A stretch of 64,000 bases of DNA, taken from the NCBI GenBank assembly GCA_017647575.1, contig JAGCKJ010000175.1, positions 3,271 to 67,270 of the forward strand, given 5' to 3'. Below are positions 1 through 9,841 of the stretch, in pieces (position 1 is the first letter of the stretch; the number at the start of each line of letters is the position of its first letter). The notes below the pieces were generated by a model, which worked only from the letters and a program-made list of their open reading frames with translations, was not told the origin of the DNA and did no database searches. The stretch comes from Bacteroidaceae bacterium. Lineage in GTDB: Bacteria > Bacteroidota > Bacteroidia > Bacteroidales > Bacteroidaceae. Both the position numbers and the translations under genes were made by a program.

Positions 1-818
1 ATTGTGGATGGCGATGTACCGCAGCAGCCGCCTATGATGTTTGCGCCTGCTTCAATCAGTTTGCTGCACCATTCAGCAAACATCATGTCGTCATAATTGT
101 ATTTTACCTTGCCGTTAACTATCTGAGGAAGTCCTTTGTTGGCCTGAGCAATAATCGGAGCAGTGGCAAATGGTTTCATTCGTCTTACTACTTCCAATAC
201 TATATCGGGTGATTCGGAACAGTTTATACCTAAGGCATTTACTCCCAAAGATGATAATGTCAGAGCAACAATTTCCGGAGTAGATCCGGATAGTGTGTGA
301 TATGTGTTGTCAAAGGTCATGGTGGCGAATACCGGCAGGGAGGTGTTCTCCTTAAATGCCAAAATCGCTGCTTTCAGTTCATAAAGATCGGAGAATGTCT
401 CCAATATGTAGCCATCTACCTTTGATGATGTCTCTTCTGCTATCTGACGATAGTTGTTGTATGCTTCCTGAAATGTGTAGTCGCCAATAGGTTCCATTAG
501 TTTTCCTGTTGGCGCCACATCAAACATAACAGCGACACCTGTGTTGCATGTAGCTTTTTTGGATATTGCAATTGCTGCATTGGCTACCTGCTGCCAGCTG
601 TATTTTGAAGAGTTCCATTTGGCCGGGTTTGTGCCAAAGGTGTTTGTTGTTATAAAATCTGTACCTGCCTTGATATAGGCAGTTTGCAAATTGTAAACAG
701 CATCAGGAACAACTATATTCAGTTCATCTATGGAACAGCTGTTCTGCTGTGCTGTATTTGAGAGCTCGGTGCCCGTTGCACCATCGAATATCCTGATCAG
801 CTCTTTATTTGTAGTCAT
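1..818 (-). CDS. metH: Homocysteine S-methyltransferase domain protein, probably the N-terminus of cobalamin-dependent methionine synthase. The 3' end runs off the left window edge.
   Basis: Absent from the ORF track because it is truncated. My minus-strand translation from the ATG at 818 reads MTTNKELIRIFDGATGTEL...TNTFGTNP... and ends ...LIEAGANIIGGCCGTSPST in frame at position 1. GGCCGT is the Zn-binding Cys-Cys motif of Hcy-binding domains. The start lies 18 nt after the metF stop. Confidence 0.8.
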   Translation of the reverse strand, partial: MTTNKELIRIFDGATGTELSNTAQQNSCSIDELNIVVPDAVYNLQTAYIKAGTDFITTNTFGTNPAKWNSSKYSWQQVANAAIAISKKATCNTGVAVMFDVAPTGKLMEPIGDYTFQEAYNNYRQIAEETSSKVDGYILETFSDLYELKAAILAFKENTSLPVFATMTFDNTYHTLSGSTPEIVALTLSSLGVNALGINCSESPDIVLEVVRRMKPFATAPIIAQANKGLPQIVNGKVKYNYDDMMFAEWCSKLIEAGANIIGGCCGTSPST

Positions 819-836
819 AAAGTATTTGTTCTTGTA

Positions 837-1721
837 TTATTTGAAATATTCAGTGGCAACATATTTTATGTTGTCTATCAGCTTTGTAATGAAATTACTC
901 TTGTTCATTGAATAGATGTGTATTCCATCAACATCGTGTGCTATCAAATCCAGAATCTGATAACTTGTAAAGATTAGTCCTATCTCTTCCAGAGCTGTTT
1001 TGTCGTCCTTGTACTTGTCGAAATAGTTGCGAAGTTTTAACGGAACGTTGCAACCTGTAATCTGTATCAGTCTGTCCAGCTGATTGTAGTTGGTTACCGG
1101 CATTATTCCGGGTATGATAGGGGCAGTTATACCTGCTGTTCTGGCTGCCAACAGGAACTGATAGAATGCGTCGTTGTCAAAGAACAGCTGGGTGGTGAAG
1201 AATGACATTCCTGCATCCTGCTTCTTCTTTAGATTAAGAATATCTTCACGCATACTGAATGCCTCCGGATGCTTTTCCGGGTAACATGCTCCTGCAGTGA
1301 GGAAACTGCCGGGACGGCTTGTATGGATGTATTCTGCAAGATCGGAAGCATGTTTGAAGTCTGTGAAAATAGGCTGTGTATTATCTTTGGGAATATCACC
1401 ACGAAGAGTCAGAATATTCTCTATGCCGGCTTCTGACAGTTCATTGCAAATGGAATCAACCTTCTCCTTTGTAGATGCTACGCAGGTGAAATGTGCCAAA
1501 GGTTCTGCTTTTGTGTTCTTTTTTATATGGCTGGCAATGGCAACAGTATTGCTTAATGTATTGCCTAATGCTCCGTATGTTACACTTATGAAATCCGGAT
1601 TGAGGGCATCCATAGCGGCTATGGTTTTTTCAATCAGGGTAAATTTCTCGTCTTCTCTTTTAGGGGGGAAGATTTCGAAAGACAATGTCTTCTTCTGTGC
1701 CAGAATTTCAGAAATTTTCAT
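837..1721 (-). CDS. metF: 5,10-methylenetetrahydrofolate reductase
   Basis: 294-aa ORF. The N-terminal ...LSFEIFPPK... and the size are typical of MetF/MTHFR. It sits immediately upstream of the Hcy-methyltransferase gene. Confidence 0.88.
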   Translation of the reverse strand: MKISEILAQKKTLSFEIFPPKREDEKFTLIEKTIAAMDALNPDFISVTYGALGNTLSNTVAIASHIKKNTKAEPLAHFTCVASTKEKVDSICNELSEAGIENILTLRGDIPKDNTQPIFTDFKHASDLAEYIHTSRPGSFLTAGACYPEKHPEAFSMREDILNLKKKQDAGMSFFTTQLFFDNDAFYQFLLAARTAGITAPIIPGIMPVTNYNQLDRLIQITGCNVPLKLRNYFDKYKDDKTALEEIGLIFTSYQILDLIAHDVDGIHIYSMNKSNFITKLIDNIKYVATEYFK

Positions 1722-1816
1722 CTATAAATATAATTATGTGCCACTTAAGGCGTATGGTTAAACAAAGTAAAAATGCATATATATTTCTGGTCAACCGCAA
1801 AGGTAGTGATTTTATA

Positions 1817-1859
1817 CGAAAAACCGGGCATATAACCATAAAAAGGTTGAATGCCCGGT
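1817..1859 (-). terminator. Rho-independent terminator downstream of trxB
   Basis: ACCGGGCAT (1823-1831) pairs with ATGCCCGGT (1851-1859). On the minus strand the hairpin is followed by TTTTCG. It lies 28 nt after the trxB stop. Confidence 0.6.
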
Positions 1860-1886
1860 CTTTGTAACTATGTTATAAGTGATCTG

Positions 1887-2825
1887 TTAGAATCCTTTTT
1901 CCTGCAAATAGCGTTCAGCTTCCATAGCAGCCTTGGCACCGCTGCCAGCAGCAATAATTGCCTGGCGATAACGTGAATCTGCTACGTCGCCTGCTGCATA
2001 TACACCCGGTATGGCTGTACAAGGAGTGTTGCCTATTGTCTTTATGTATCCTGTTTCGTCTGTCTCCAGATACTCTTTGAAGAGTTCTGAATTTGGGTTG
2101 TGTCCTATTGCCAGGAAGAATCCATCAATCTCTTTTTCGTAATGTGATTCATCATTCTTGCCAAGGTTCTTTACAAGTTTCATTCCCTGAACTTTACCCT
2201 CTCCAAACAAACCTTCTACATTGTGGTTGAAAAGTACCTCAATTTTAGGGTTTTCCAGCACACGTTTTTGCATAATATCGCTGGCACGCAGATAATCTTT
2301 TCTAACAACCAGATAGACCTTTTCTGCCAATGTGGATAGGTAAGAAGCCTCTTCGCAGGCTGTATCGCCACCACCTACAACTGCAACAGTCTTTTTTCTG
2401 TAAAAGAAACCATCACATGTGGCGCATGCGCTTACACCGCGTCCTGCATACTTCTTTTCGTCCTCCAGACCAAGGTATTTGGCAGAGGCACCTGTACAGA
2501 TAATGACGGTTTCTGCCTCTATCTGTGTGTTGTCATCTATATATATATTATAAGGTGATGAACTTAAATCGGCCTTTGTTACACTACCCATTCTAATCTC
2601 TGCACCGAATCTTTCTGCCTGGCGGCGGATGTCATCCATCATGTCAAAACCATTGATACCTTCAGGGTAACCGGGAAAGTTCTCCACCTCTGAAGTTGTG
2701 GTCAGCTGACCTCCGGAGAGATTTCCTTCATAAAGAACTGGAGCAAGATTTGCTCTTGAAGCATAAATGGCTGCTGTGTATCCGGCAGGACCGGAACCAA
2801 TAATTAAACATTTTACTCTTTCCAT
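1887..2825 (-). CDS. trxB: Thioredoxin-disulfide reductase
   Basis: 312 aa. GSGPAGYTAA is the FAD-binding motif, CATCDG the redox-active dithiol and VVGGGDTACEEA the NADPH site. Confidence 0.95.
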   Translation of the reverse strand: MERVKCLIIGSGPAGYTAAIYASRANLAPVLYEGNLSGGQLTTTSEVENFPGYPEGINGFDMMDDIRRQAERFGAEIRMGSVTKADLSSSPYNIYIDDNTQIEAETVIICTGASAKYLGLEDEKKYAGRGVSACATCDGFFYRKKTVAVVGGGDTACEEASYLSTLAEKVYLVVRKDYLRASDIMQKRVLENPKIEVLFNHNVEGLFGEGKVQGMKLVKNLGKNDESHYEKEIDGFFLAIGHNPNSELFKEYLETDETGYIKTIGNTPCTAIPGVYAAGDVADSRYRQAIIAAGSGAKAAMEAERYLQEKGF

Positions 2826-2837
2826 ATCTAATATCTT

Positions 2838-3479
2838 TTATCTCATATCTACAATTTCTGCATCCGGATAGTTGGATGTAGGGCATTGGAATGCTTCTTT
2901 ATCCAACTTAAGTCCACTTTTGTAATTGTTTATTGCAATGGCAATATTCTGGCTCTGGTTAAATCGATCCATTCCTACAATCTTTTCTATTCTGTAGGTT
3001 TCAGGATTGTATAAAATCTCTATCTGCAGGTTTATATCACCAATAACAAGTCTTTGTGATGTTAAGCTGATTGATTTTAATCCCTCTTTATCGGCATTCT
3101 TTGTAACTGTCAGACCGGGTTGTCTGAATATGTTTAGCGGATTGAAAAGGGCTGCCTCGTCTTTGTCAGGCGTTGTTATGTAAATCTCTTCGTAACCGTT
3201 CATGGTGTTCATACTCCACAGGGTAGAACCATCAAACCATAATCTGAATAGCGCAACATCTATTACAAAACACTCTTTGCTGATTCTGAGTGTGCCTTTG
3301 GTGTTGCCGCCTAACACGGCATACGATGTGTTGTCGGTTAGAGCCAAATCGGCTGTTATGCAACAATCCTTCTCTAACTTTTCTGCTATGCTTTTTAAAA
3401 CGGCATCAGATGTGTGCTGTGCCTGCATACAGATGGTGGTAGTCAGCAATAGTAGCAATGTTGATAATTTGTTTCTCAT
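2838..3479 (-). CDS. LolA-like outer-membrane lipoprotein carrier/chaperone family protein
   Basis: 213 aa with a signal peptide (MRNKLSTLLLLLTTTICMQA). It sits directly downstream of ftsK, which is the conserved ftsK-lolA synteny. The size fits a LolA fold. Confidence 0.65.
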   Translation of the reverse strand: MRNKLSTLLLLLTTTICMQAQHTSDAVLKSIAEKLEKDCCITADLALTDNTSYAVLGGNTKGTLRISKECFVIDVALFRLWFDGSTLWSMNTMNGYEEIYITTPDKDEAALFNPLNIFRQPGLTVTKNADKEGLKSISLTSQRLVIGDINLQIEILYNPETYRIEKIVGMDRFNQSQNIAIAINNYKSGLKLDKEAFQCPTSNYPDAEIVDMR

Positions 3480-3483
3480 AATG

Positions 3484-5928
3484 TTATCTAAGGTTTTCCA
3501 AAATTCTGTCTAAATCCATTTCGTCACCGCAGAGCACCTGTCTTGGCTTGCTGCCGTCTGCTTTTCCTACAATTCCGGCCTTTTCAAGCTGGTCCATCAA
3601 TCTGCCTGCACGGTTGTAACCTATGGCAAACTTACGTTGTATCAGTGATGTAGAACCCTGCTGGTGAATTACAATTAATCGGGCAGCCTCTTCAAACAGA
3701 GAATCCAGTTTTGATGAATCAAAGCTATCTGCCTGTGTTGATGCACTATCACTCTCTTCTGTGACCTCTGGAAGTAGATATGCGTCTGTATAACCCTGCT
3801 GATTTTTGATGTAGTTGCAGATATTTGTAACTTCCGGAGTGTCAACAAAGGCGCACTGTACACGTACACAATCACTGCCCTGCAGGTATAGCATATCGCC
3901 TCGGCCTATAAGCTGGTTTGCACCTGTGCGGTCAAGAATGGTCTTTGAGTCAATCATAGAGGTGGTCTTGAATGACATTCTTGCAGGGAAGTTGGCCTTG
4001 ATGGTACCTGTTACAATGTTTGTAGTAGGACGCTGGGTTGCAATAATCATGTGCATACCTACTGCTCTTGCTTTCTGTGCAATTCTGGCAATAGGCATTT
4101 CAACTTCCTTACCGGCTGTCATAATCAGATCACCGTATTCGTCAATTATTACAACTATGTAAGGCATGTATCTATGACCTGCTGTAGGTAACAGTTCCCT
4201 GTTCTTGAACTTCTCATTGTACTCTATTACGGTACGTACACCTGCCTCCTTAAGTAACATATAACGGTCATCCATCTCTATGCAGAGCGATTTCAGTGTC
4301 TGGATAACCTTGCTTGTATCTGTGATGATTGCCTCCTCTTCATCAGGCAGTTTTGCAAGGAAGTGTTTCAGAATGGGTGAATAGATACTGAACTCAACCA
4401 TCTTTGGGTCAACCATTACAAGCTTTAATTCTGCAGGGTGCTTTTTGTAAAGCAGTGATGTTATGATGGCGTTTAGTCCTACTGATTTTCCCTGTCCGGT
4501 AGCACCGGCAACCAGCAGGTGAGGTGCTTTTGCCAGGTCGAACATATAGACTTCGTTGGTAATGGTTTTGCCTACTGCAACAGGTAACTCAAACTTGCTT
4601 TCTGCAAACTTTTTGCTGCCGATAATGGATTCCATCGATACAATTATAGGCTTTGCATTAGGTACTTCAATACCTATGGTGCCTTTGCCCGGGATAGGTG
4701 CAATGATTCTGATACCCAATGCTGCAAGACTTAATGCAATATCATCTTCAAGATGTTTGATTCTGTTTATTTTGATACCTGCTGCAGGGGTTATCTCAAA
4801 CAGTGTAATAGTTGGGCCTACAGTTGCTGTGATAGATGTTATCTCAATACCAAAGTTTCTTAATGTCTGGATGATTCTGTTCTTGTTGGCCTCCTGTTCG
4901 CTCTCATCTACAGATGGTGCATTGTTTTCGTAATGCTTGAGCAGATCCAGTTTCGGGAATTTGTAGTGTGACAAATCCAGTCTTGGATCGTATGGCTCCT
5001 GTATTCTGCCTGTGGCTTTCTCTTCCTCCTGGGCCTGTATAACCTCCATTGGAATATCTTTCTCCTCCTGAACAGGTTCCTCTGATTTTGTCTTTTTACT
5101 GATCTTTTCAGGTTTTATCTCTTTGTAATCATCGTCTTCATCGCTGATTGCAGAAATAATCTCAACCTCCTCTTTTTTCTCTTCTGGTTGCAGAACAGGT
5201 GGTTCTGGATTTGTAACTGGAACTTCATTTTCCTCCTTGACAGGTTCGCTAATGTCGTTGTCGGTCTCGGATTCTGATATCTCGCTTTTTTTAAATGATG
5301 ACAATCTGTTTCTGACCCATTCTATTGTATTTCTGGTTAGGTATATACAGAATATAAGCATTGACAACATTAAAATAAGTATGATTCCGGGTGCACCTAC
5401 GTTTCCATGTAACCATTCCAGGATTGATTTTCCGTGCATTCCACCGGGGATGATAAATGAATTTTTCATTATTCCGGCCAGAATCCACTGTAAAAATATA
5501 GAACACCAGATCATAAGGAATGAGCAGCATATAAACCATCTTAAAAGTTTGAATTCAGCAACCTTTAGCAATCTTAGTCCTATGACAGCCATTAGAATAG
5601 GGATGGCCATGCTGGATAGTCCAAACCATTTGTTAATAAGTAACTGTGCCAGATTTGCACCGAGTTTTCCTGAACTATTTGCATAGTCTCCTGCTTGTGC
5701 TGTAGCTGATTCCAGTACACTCTGGTCTATGCCTCCGGTTGTAAGGAATGATATGTATGATATAACAACGAAAATTGCCAGAACAACCAATACTGCACCG
5801 GTAATAAACGGAAATGTCTCATTATGGACCGCATTTGTCATCCTTTTGAAGATTGACATTTTTTCCGGTTCCTGAACTCCAGTTTTAGTTTTTTTCTTTG
5901 TATTTAGTTTCATAATTCTTAGTTGCAT
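3484..5928 (-). CDS. ftsK: DNA translocase FtsK/SpoIIIE
   Basis: 814 aa with N-terminal TM helices and an acidic/Pro-rich linker. Walker A is GATGQGKS and Walker B is VVIIDE. The C-terminal gamma winged-helix reads STSLIQRKFAIGYNRAGRLMDQLE. Confidence 0.95.
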   Translation of the reverse strand: MQLRIMKLNTKKKTKTGVQEPEKMSIFKRMTNAVHNETFPFITGAVLVVLAIFVVISYISFLTTGGIDQSVLESATAQAGDYANSSGKLGANLAQLLINKWFGLSSMAIPILMAVIGLRLLKVAEFKLLRWFICCSFLMIWCSIFLQWILAGIMKNSFIIPGGMHGKSILEWLHGNVGAPGIILILMLSMLIFCIYLTRNTIEWVRNRLSSFKKSEISESETDNDISEPVKEENEVPVTNPEPPVLQPEEKKEEVEIISAISDEDDDYKEIKPEKISKKTKSEEPVQEEKDIPMEVIQAQEEEKATGRIQEPYDPRLDLSHYKFPKLDLLKHYENNAPSVDESEQEANKNRIIQTLRNFGIEITSITATVGPTITLFEITPAAGIKINRIKHLEDDIALSLAALGIRIIAPIPGKGTIGIEVPNAKPIIVSMESIIGSKKFAESKFELPVAVGKTITNEVYMFDLAKAPHLLVAGATGQGKSVGLNAIITSLLYKKHPAELKLVMVDPKMVEFSIYSPILKHFLAKLPDEEEAIITDTSKVIQTLKSLCIEMDDRYMLLKEAGVRTVIEYNEKFKNRELLPTAGHRYMPYIVVIIDEYGDLIMTAGKEVEMPIARIAQKARAVGMHMIIATQRPTTNIVTGTIKANFPARMSFKTTSMIDSKTILDRTGANQLIGRGDMLYLQGSDCVRVQCAFVDTPEVTNICNYIKNQQGYTDAYLLPEVTEESDSASTQADSFDSSKLDSLFEEAARLIVIHQQGSTSLIQRKFAIGYNRAGRLMDQLEKAGIVGKADGSKPRQVLCGDEMDLDRILENLR

Positions 5929-6005
5929 TTAGGATTGTAAAGATAGTACAAACAATGCTGAGGACAAAATATTTTTTGATTATGTTTTTTTGCTGTAAAA
6001 ATAGC

Positions 6006-6013
6006 TACCTTTG
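6006..6013 (+). promoter_or_regulatory. Putative Bacteroidetes -7 promoter box (TAnnTTTG) for the DUF5063 operon
   Basis: TACCTTTG lies 18 nt before the ATG at 6032. It overlaps the TTG at 6011 that the ORF track used as a start. Confidence 0.45.
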
Positions 6014-6031
6014 CTACGCAAAATTAAAGAG

Positions 6032-6592
6032 ATGAAAAGTTCGATAGTTTTTGATAAGAATGTTGTTGAATTTGTAACTGTAGCGGCAGAATACTGCTCT
6101 TTTATGGAACAGGCAGAACAGAAGGATCGCAGGGAAATAGTCAGCGTGTTGCCTAAACTTCTCTCCTTGCTATATCTAAAAGCGCTTATGCTTCCGGAAA
6201 CAGAGACAGATTATTCAATGAATCTGGAAGAGTGGGTGACAGAACAGGATTATGATACGCTCAGAGCTATGTTATCTGCCAAGTTGGGTAGTACTGATGA
6301 TTATCTGGAGGTTTTTGTGGAGGATATGAAATATAGTGATACTCCAGTGCTTAAAACCATATCGGAAGATCTTGCGGATATATATCAGGCTCTGAAGAAC
6401 TTTGTACATCAGTTTCAGAGTGGACTGAATGATGTTATGGCAGAATCAGTTGCGATATGTGCAGATGGTTTTAAAACATATTGGGGACAGACATTGGTGA
6501 ATACTATGCGTGCAGTACACAGTATTGTTTCATATAATGAGGATGATGACAATTCTGCAGAGTGTGGTTACTCCGATAATGAGTTATGGTAG
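6032..6592 (+). CDS. Hypothetical protein, likely DUF5063 family
   Basis: This is the ORF-track frame 6011..6592, restarted at the ATG at 6032 (MKSSIVF...) because the -7 box overlaps 6011. Its position upstream of the 3'-5' exonuclease and rlmI matches the arrangement I recall in Bacteroides. The family call is from memory only. Confidence 0.55.
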   Translation: MKSSIVFDKNVVEFVTVAAEYCSFMEQAEQKDRREIVSVLPKLLSLLYLKALMLPETETDYSMNLEEWVTEQDYDTLRAMLSAKLGSTDDYLEVFVEDMKYSDTPVLKTISEDLADIYQALKNFVHQFQSGLNDVMAESVAICADGFKTYWGQTLVNTMRAVHSIVSYNEDDDNSAECGYSDNELW

Positions 6593-7227
6593 AGATATAC
6601 AATTCAATAGAAAAGGCCGCTGTTGCTGAACTTCCTAAAGTGGAGTTTACCGGTATAGTCAGAATTGTAGATACAGTAGAAAAAGCAGATATCGCAATTT
6701 CTGAACTATTGTCATACGGGGTTGTTGGTTTTGATACAGAAACAAGACCAACCTTTAAGCGTGGCGTTGTGAACAAGGTGTCATTGTTGCAATTATCAGC
6801 CGGAAATGTGGCCTATCTGTTCAGGTTACATAAAATTGGTATAACAGATAGTATTGTCTCATTCTTAGAGAATGATAAGGTACTAAAGATAGGAATATCT
6901 TTGAAAGATGATTATCAGGCTTTGCGTCGCAGAAGAGAGTTTGCACCTGCGGGATTTGTAGATTTACAGGATGTGGTCGCAAAAATGGGAATTGCAGACA
7001 GAAGCCTTCAGAAGATTTACGCATTGCTGTTTGCTGAGCGTATATCCAAGAGTCAGCGACTGAGCAATTGGGAAATAGATGAACTTTCTGAATCACAGAT
7101 GCACTATGCAGCAATAGATGCGTGGGCTGCTTTGAAGATATATGACTATCTGATTGAGTTGATTGATGGAAATAAATACAAAGTAATACATAGAGATGCA
7201 GAAGAGAGTATTGCTAAAGAGGGGTAA
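6586..7227 (+). CDS. 3'-5' exonuclease (RNase D/DnaQ-like DEDDy domain) protein
   Basis: 213 aa. The ExoI motif is VVGFDTETRP and the ExoIII-like motif is HYAAIDAWA. Its start overlaps the preceding stop (ATGGTAG). Confidence 0.8.
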   Translation: MVEIYNSIEKAAVAELPKVEFTGIVRIVDTVEKADIAISELLSYGVVGFDTETRPTFKRGVVNKVSLLQLSAGNVAYLFRLHKIGITDSIVSFLENDKVLKIGISLKDDYQALRRRREFAPAGFVDLQDVVAKMGIADRSLQKIYALLFAERISKSQRLSNWEIDELSESQMHYAAIDAWAALKIYDYLIELIDGNKYKVIHRDAEESIAKEG

Positions 7228-8377
7228 GGAGGAATCGTTGTTACGTTTTCATCCCTGGATTTTTTCTGGCGCTATTGCCTCAATAGAGGGTGCTCCGGAA
7301 GAGGGTGATGTAGTTGATGTATATACATCTGATGGTAATTGGATAGCGGCCGGCCATATTCAGGTGGGCAGCATTGCTGTTCGCGTGCTAACTTTCGTTC
7401 AAGAACCTATAGATAAAGAGTTCTGGAAAAAACGCGTTGCAGTTGCCTATAATCTTCGTTCCTCTTTGGGACTGACAGATAGAGAAGATCACAATATCTA
7501 CAGACTTATACATGGTGAAGGCGACAATTTGCCCGGTTTGGTAGTTGATGTATATGGACGTACAGCAGTTGTTCAGGCCCATTCAGTGGGTATGCATTGT
7601 TGCAGGCAGGTTATAGCAGAAGCAATAACTGAAGTACTAGGTAGTAGAGTAGTCAGTGTATATTATAAATCGGAAACCACATTGCCATATAAGGCCCAAT
7701 CTGATAATTCAACAGGATACATTATAGGTGGTCATTTAGATGATGTGCCTCTGGAATATGGTTTAAAGCTGCCGGTTGACTGGATTAATGGACAAAAGAC
7801 CGGCTTGTTTATAGACCAGAGAGAAAATCGCGCTTTACTGGAGAAGTATTCAAAAGGCCGCTCAGTGCTTAATATGTTCTGCTATACAGGTGGTTTTTCA
7901 CTTGCTGCACTAAGAGGTGGCGCAAAACTGGTTCATTCTGTGGATAGTTCTGCTAAGGCAACAGAACTTACCAATAAAGGAGTAAAGGATAATTTTCCTG
8001 ATGACAACAGACATAAGGCCTTTGCGGAAGACGCCTTCAAATTTTTGGATAATATGGAGGAAAAATATGATCTGGTTATTTTAGATCCTCCTGCATTCGC
8101 AAAGCACAGAGATGCTCTGAAACGTGCTCTTATAGGATATAGAAGGCTTAATGAGAAGGCGTTGGAAAAGATTGAGCCGGGCGGCATCCTGTTTACATTC
8201 TCATGTTCGCAGGTGGTAACAAAAGAGCAATTTAGAATGGCTGTGTTTACAGCTGCTGCACAAGCAAAACGTAGTGTAAGGATTTTATACCAACTTCATC
8301 AGCCAGCGGATCACCCAATAAATATATTCCACCCGGAAGGTGAATATTTGAAAGGTTTGGTGCTATATGTGGAATGA
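7196..8377 (+). CDS. rlmI: Class I SAM-dependent rRNA (cytosine-C5) methyltransferase, RlmI-like
   Basis: 393 aa. The N-terminal PUA-like segment reads LKRGKEESLLRFHPWIFSGAI. The SAM fold motifs are VLNMFCYTGGFS and ILDPPAF. Confidence 0.8.
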   Translation: MQKRVLLKRGKEESLLRFHPWIFSGAIASIEGAPEEGDVVDVYTSDGNWIAAGHIQVGSIAVRVLTFVQEPIDKEFWKKRVAVAYNLRSSLGLTDREDHNIYRLIHGEGDNLPGLVVDVYGRTAVVQAHSVGMHCCRQVIAEAITEVLGSRVVSVYYKSETTLPYKAQSDNSTGYIIGGHLDDVPLEYGLKLPVDWINGQKTGLFIDQRENRALLEKYSKGRSVLNMFCYTGGFSLAALRGGAKLVHSVDSSAKATELTNKGVKDNFPDDNRHKAFAEDAFKFLDNMEEKYDLVILDPPAFAKHRDALKRALIGYRRLNEKALEKIEPGGILFTFSCSQVVTKEQFRMAVFTAAAQAKRSVRILYQLHQPADHPINIFHPEGEYLKGLVLYVE

Positions 8378-8443
8378 AATGTGAAAGAATGTTAATTTTA
8401 GGGCATTTGTTGATGAATATTTTTTGTATGAAAATTAAAATAA

Positions 8444-8451
8444 TATCTTTG
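8444..8451 (+). promoter_or_regulatory. Putative -7 promoter box (TAnnTTTG) for the nucleoside permease gene
   Basis: TATCTTTG lies 112 nt before the ATG at 8564, which implies a long leader. Confidence 0.35.
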
Positions 8452-8563
8452 CTCCGTGTTTTTCATGGTATTAGATTTTATTTGAAACGGAGTTGTCGAG
8501 ACGATAACTCTGTTTTGTTGTTTAACAATGTGTATCAGAATTTAATTAAAATTTATTAATTTG

Positions 8564-9841
8564 ATGGTTGTGCAAAAGCTTAAAATCAGATTATCTTTAA
8601 TGGTGTTTCTGCAGTACGCTGTTTGGGGATCTTATCTACTATCATTAGGAGCATATCTCTCCAGTATAGGGTTTGGTGAAAGAATTGGATGGTTTTTTGT
8701 GGCACAAGGTATAGTTTCACTCTTTATGCCTGCCTTTATTGGAATTGTAGCAGATAAGTGGATAAAACCAAAGAGAGTGTATGCTCTTTGTCATATTATT
8801 TCTGCAATTTGTATGTTGATTGTGGCATTGAATGGTCTTAATCCAAGGCCTACGTTCAATTCTCTGTTCTTGCCATATTGTATAAGTACGGTTTTCTTTA
8901 TGCCTACTATTGCTTTGTCTAATTCCATCTGCTTTTCTATATTGCAGAGCAATGGAATAGATACGGTTGCGGTATTTCCTAAAATCAGAATGTGGGGAAC
9001 GATAGGATTTATAGTAGCTATGTGGGTGGTTAATTTTGCTCATTTGCAGCTCTCTTCTATGCAGTTTCTGATGCGTTCGTTTTTGGGAGCTTTGCTGGCT
9101 CTTTATGCTCTCACCCTTCCTATGGTAGAATTGCAATCAAATCATAAAGGTGATTCTATTATCTCCAGAATGGGCTTTAGTGCATTCAACCTATTTAAAA
9201 ACAGAAGATTGGCTCTCTTTTTTCTATTTGCAATGGCTTTTGGCGCCTGTGTTCAGATAACGAGCGGTTATGTTACGCCTTATCTGGATAGTTTTGCTAT
9301 TAAACCAGAGTATTCACAACTTTTTGTAGTGCGGAATTCACTGTTTATGACTTCGCTGTCACAAACCTCTGAAGCCTTTTTAATATTGCTGCTGCCAATA
9401 TGTATAAAGAAAATGGGCATAAAACGGGTTATTATCGTCTCAGCGCTTGCCTGGTCTTTGCGATATCTATTGCTCGGTATAGGAAATCCGGCTGATGGTG
9501 TGGTTTGGCTTGTTCTTTCAATGATTGTCTATGGTGTGGCATTTAATTTCTTTAATATTGCTGGTTCAATGTTCGTTGATTCTGAGACAAAACCTGAAAG
9601 GAGAGCCTGTGCACAGGGAATGTTTATGATGATGACAAATGGTTTTGGTTCATTTGTAGGAATGGCGTTGGCTCAAAAGGTGGTAAATCAGTTTACTTTC
9701 TCGGAATTTGTTGAAAATAGATATTATACCGTTGGTGATTGGGGTATGGTATGGATGATTTTTTCTATATTTGCTCTTATTATTGCTCTATTGTTTGCAT
9801 TGTCATTCAATGAGAAAAAAAAGAGAAACATAGATGGATAA
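8564..9841 (+). CDS. nupG: MFS nucleoside:H+ symporter (NupG/XapB family)
   Basis: About 425 aa and polytopic. The N-terminus LSLMVFLQYAVWGSYLLSLGAYL resembles the NupG signature. I prefer the ATG at 8564 to the TTG at 8561 in the ORF track. Confidence 0.75.
   Translation: MVVQKLKIRLSLMVFLQYAVWGSYLLSLGAYLSSIGFGERIGWFFVAQGIVSLFMPAFIGIVADKWIKPKRVYALCHIISAICMLIVALNGLNPRPTFNSLFLPYCISTVFFMPTIALSNSICFSILQSNGIDTVAVFPKIRMWGTIGFIVAMWVVNFAHLQLSSMQFLMRSFLGALLALYALTLPMVELQSNHKGDSIISRMGFSAFNLFKNRRLALFFLFAMAFGACVQITSGYVTPYLDSFAIKPEYSQLFVVRNSLFMTSLSQTSEAFLILLLPICIKKMGIKRVIIVSALAWSLRYLLLGIGNPADGVVWLVLSMIVYGVAFNFFNIAGSMFVDSETKPERRACAQGMFMMMTNGFGSFVGMALAQKVVNQFTFSEFVENRYYTVGDWGMVWMIFSIFALIIALLFALSFNEKKKRNIDG

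Noticed and set aside
1297-1761. 154-aa + strand ORF antisense to metF. Similar long antisense ORFs occur at 32200-32778, 45998-46366, 49533-49889, 59517-59921 and 5237-5686.
   Set aside because: Each lies entirely inside a strongly supported gene on the opposite strand. Their composition is low-complexity or biased and they carry no recognisable motif. They are typical shadow ORFs.
8374-8559. 61-aa ORF in the rlmI-nupG spacer
   Set aside because: It is AT-rich, has no recognisable motif, and spans the putative promoter box and leader hairpins. A non-coding leader region is more likely.
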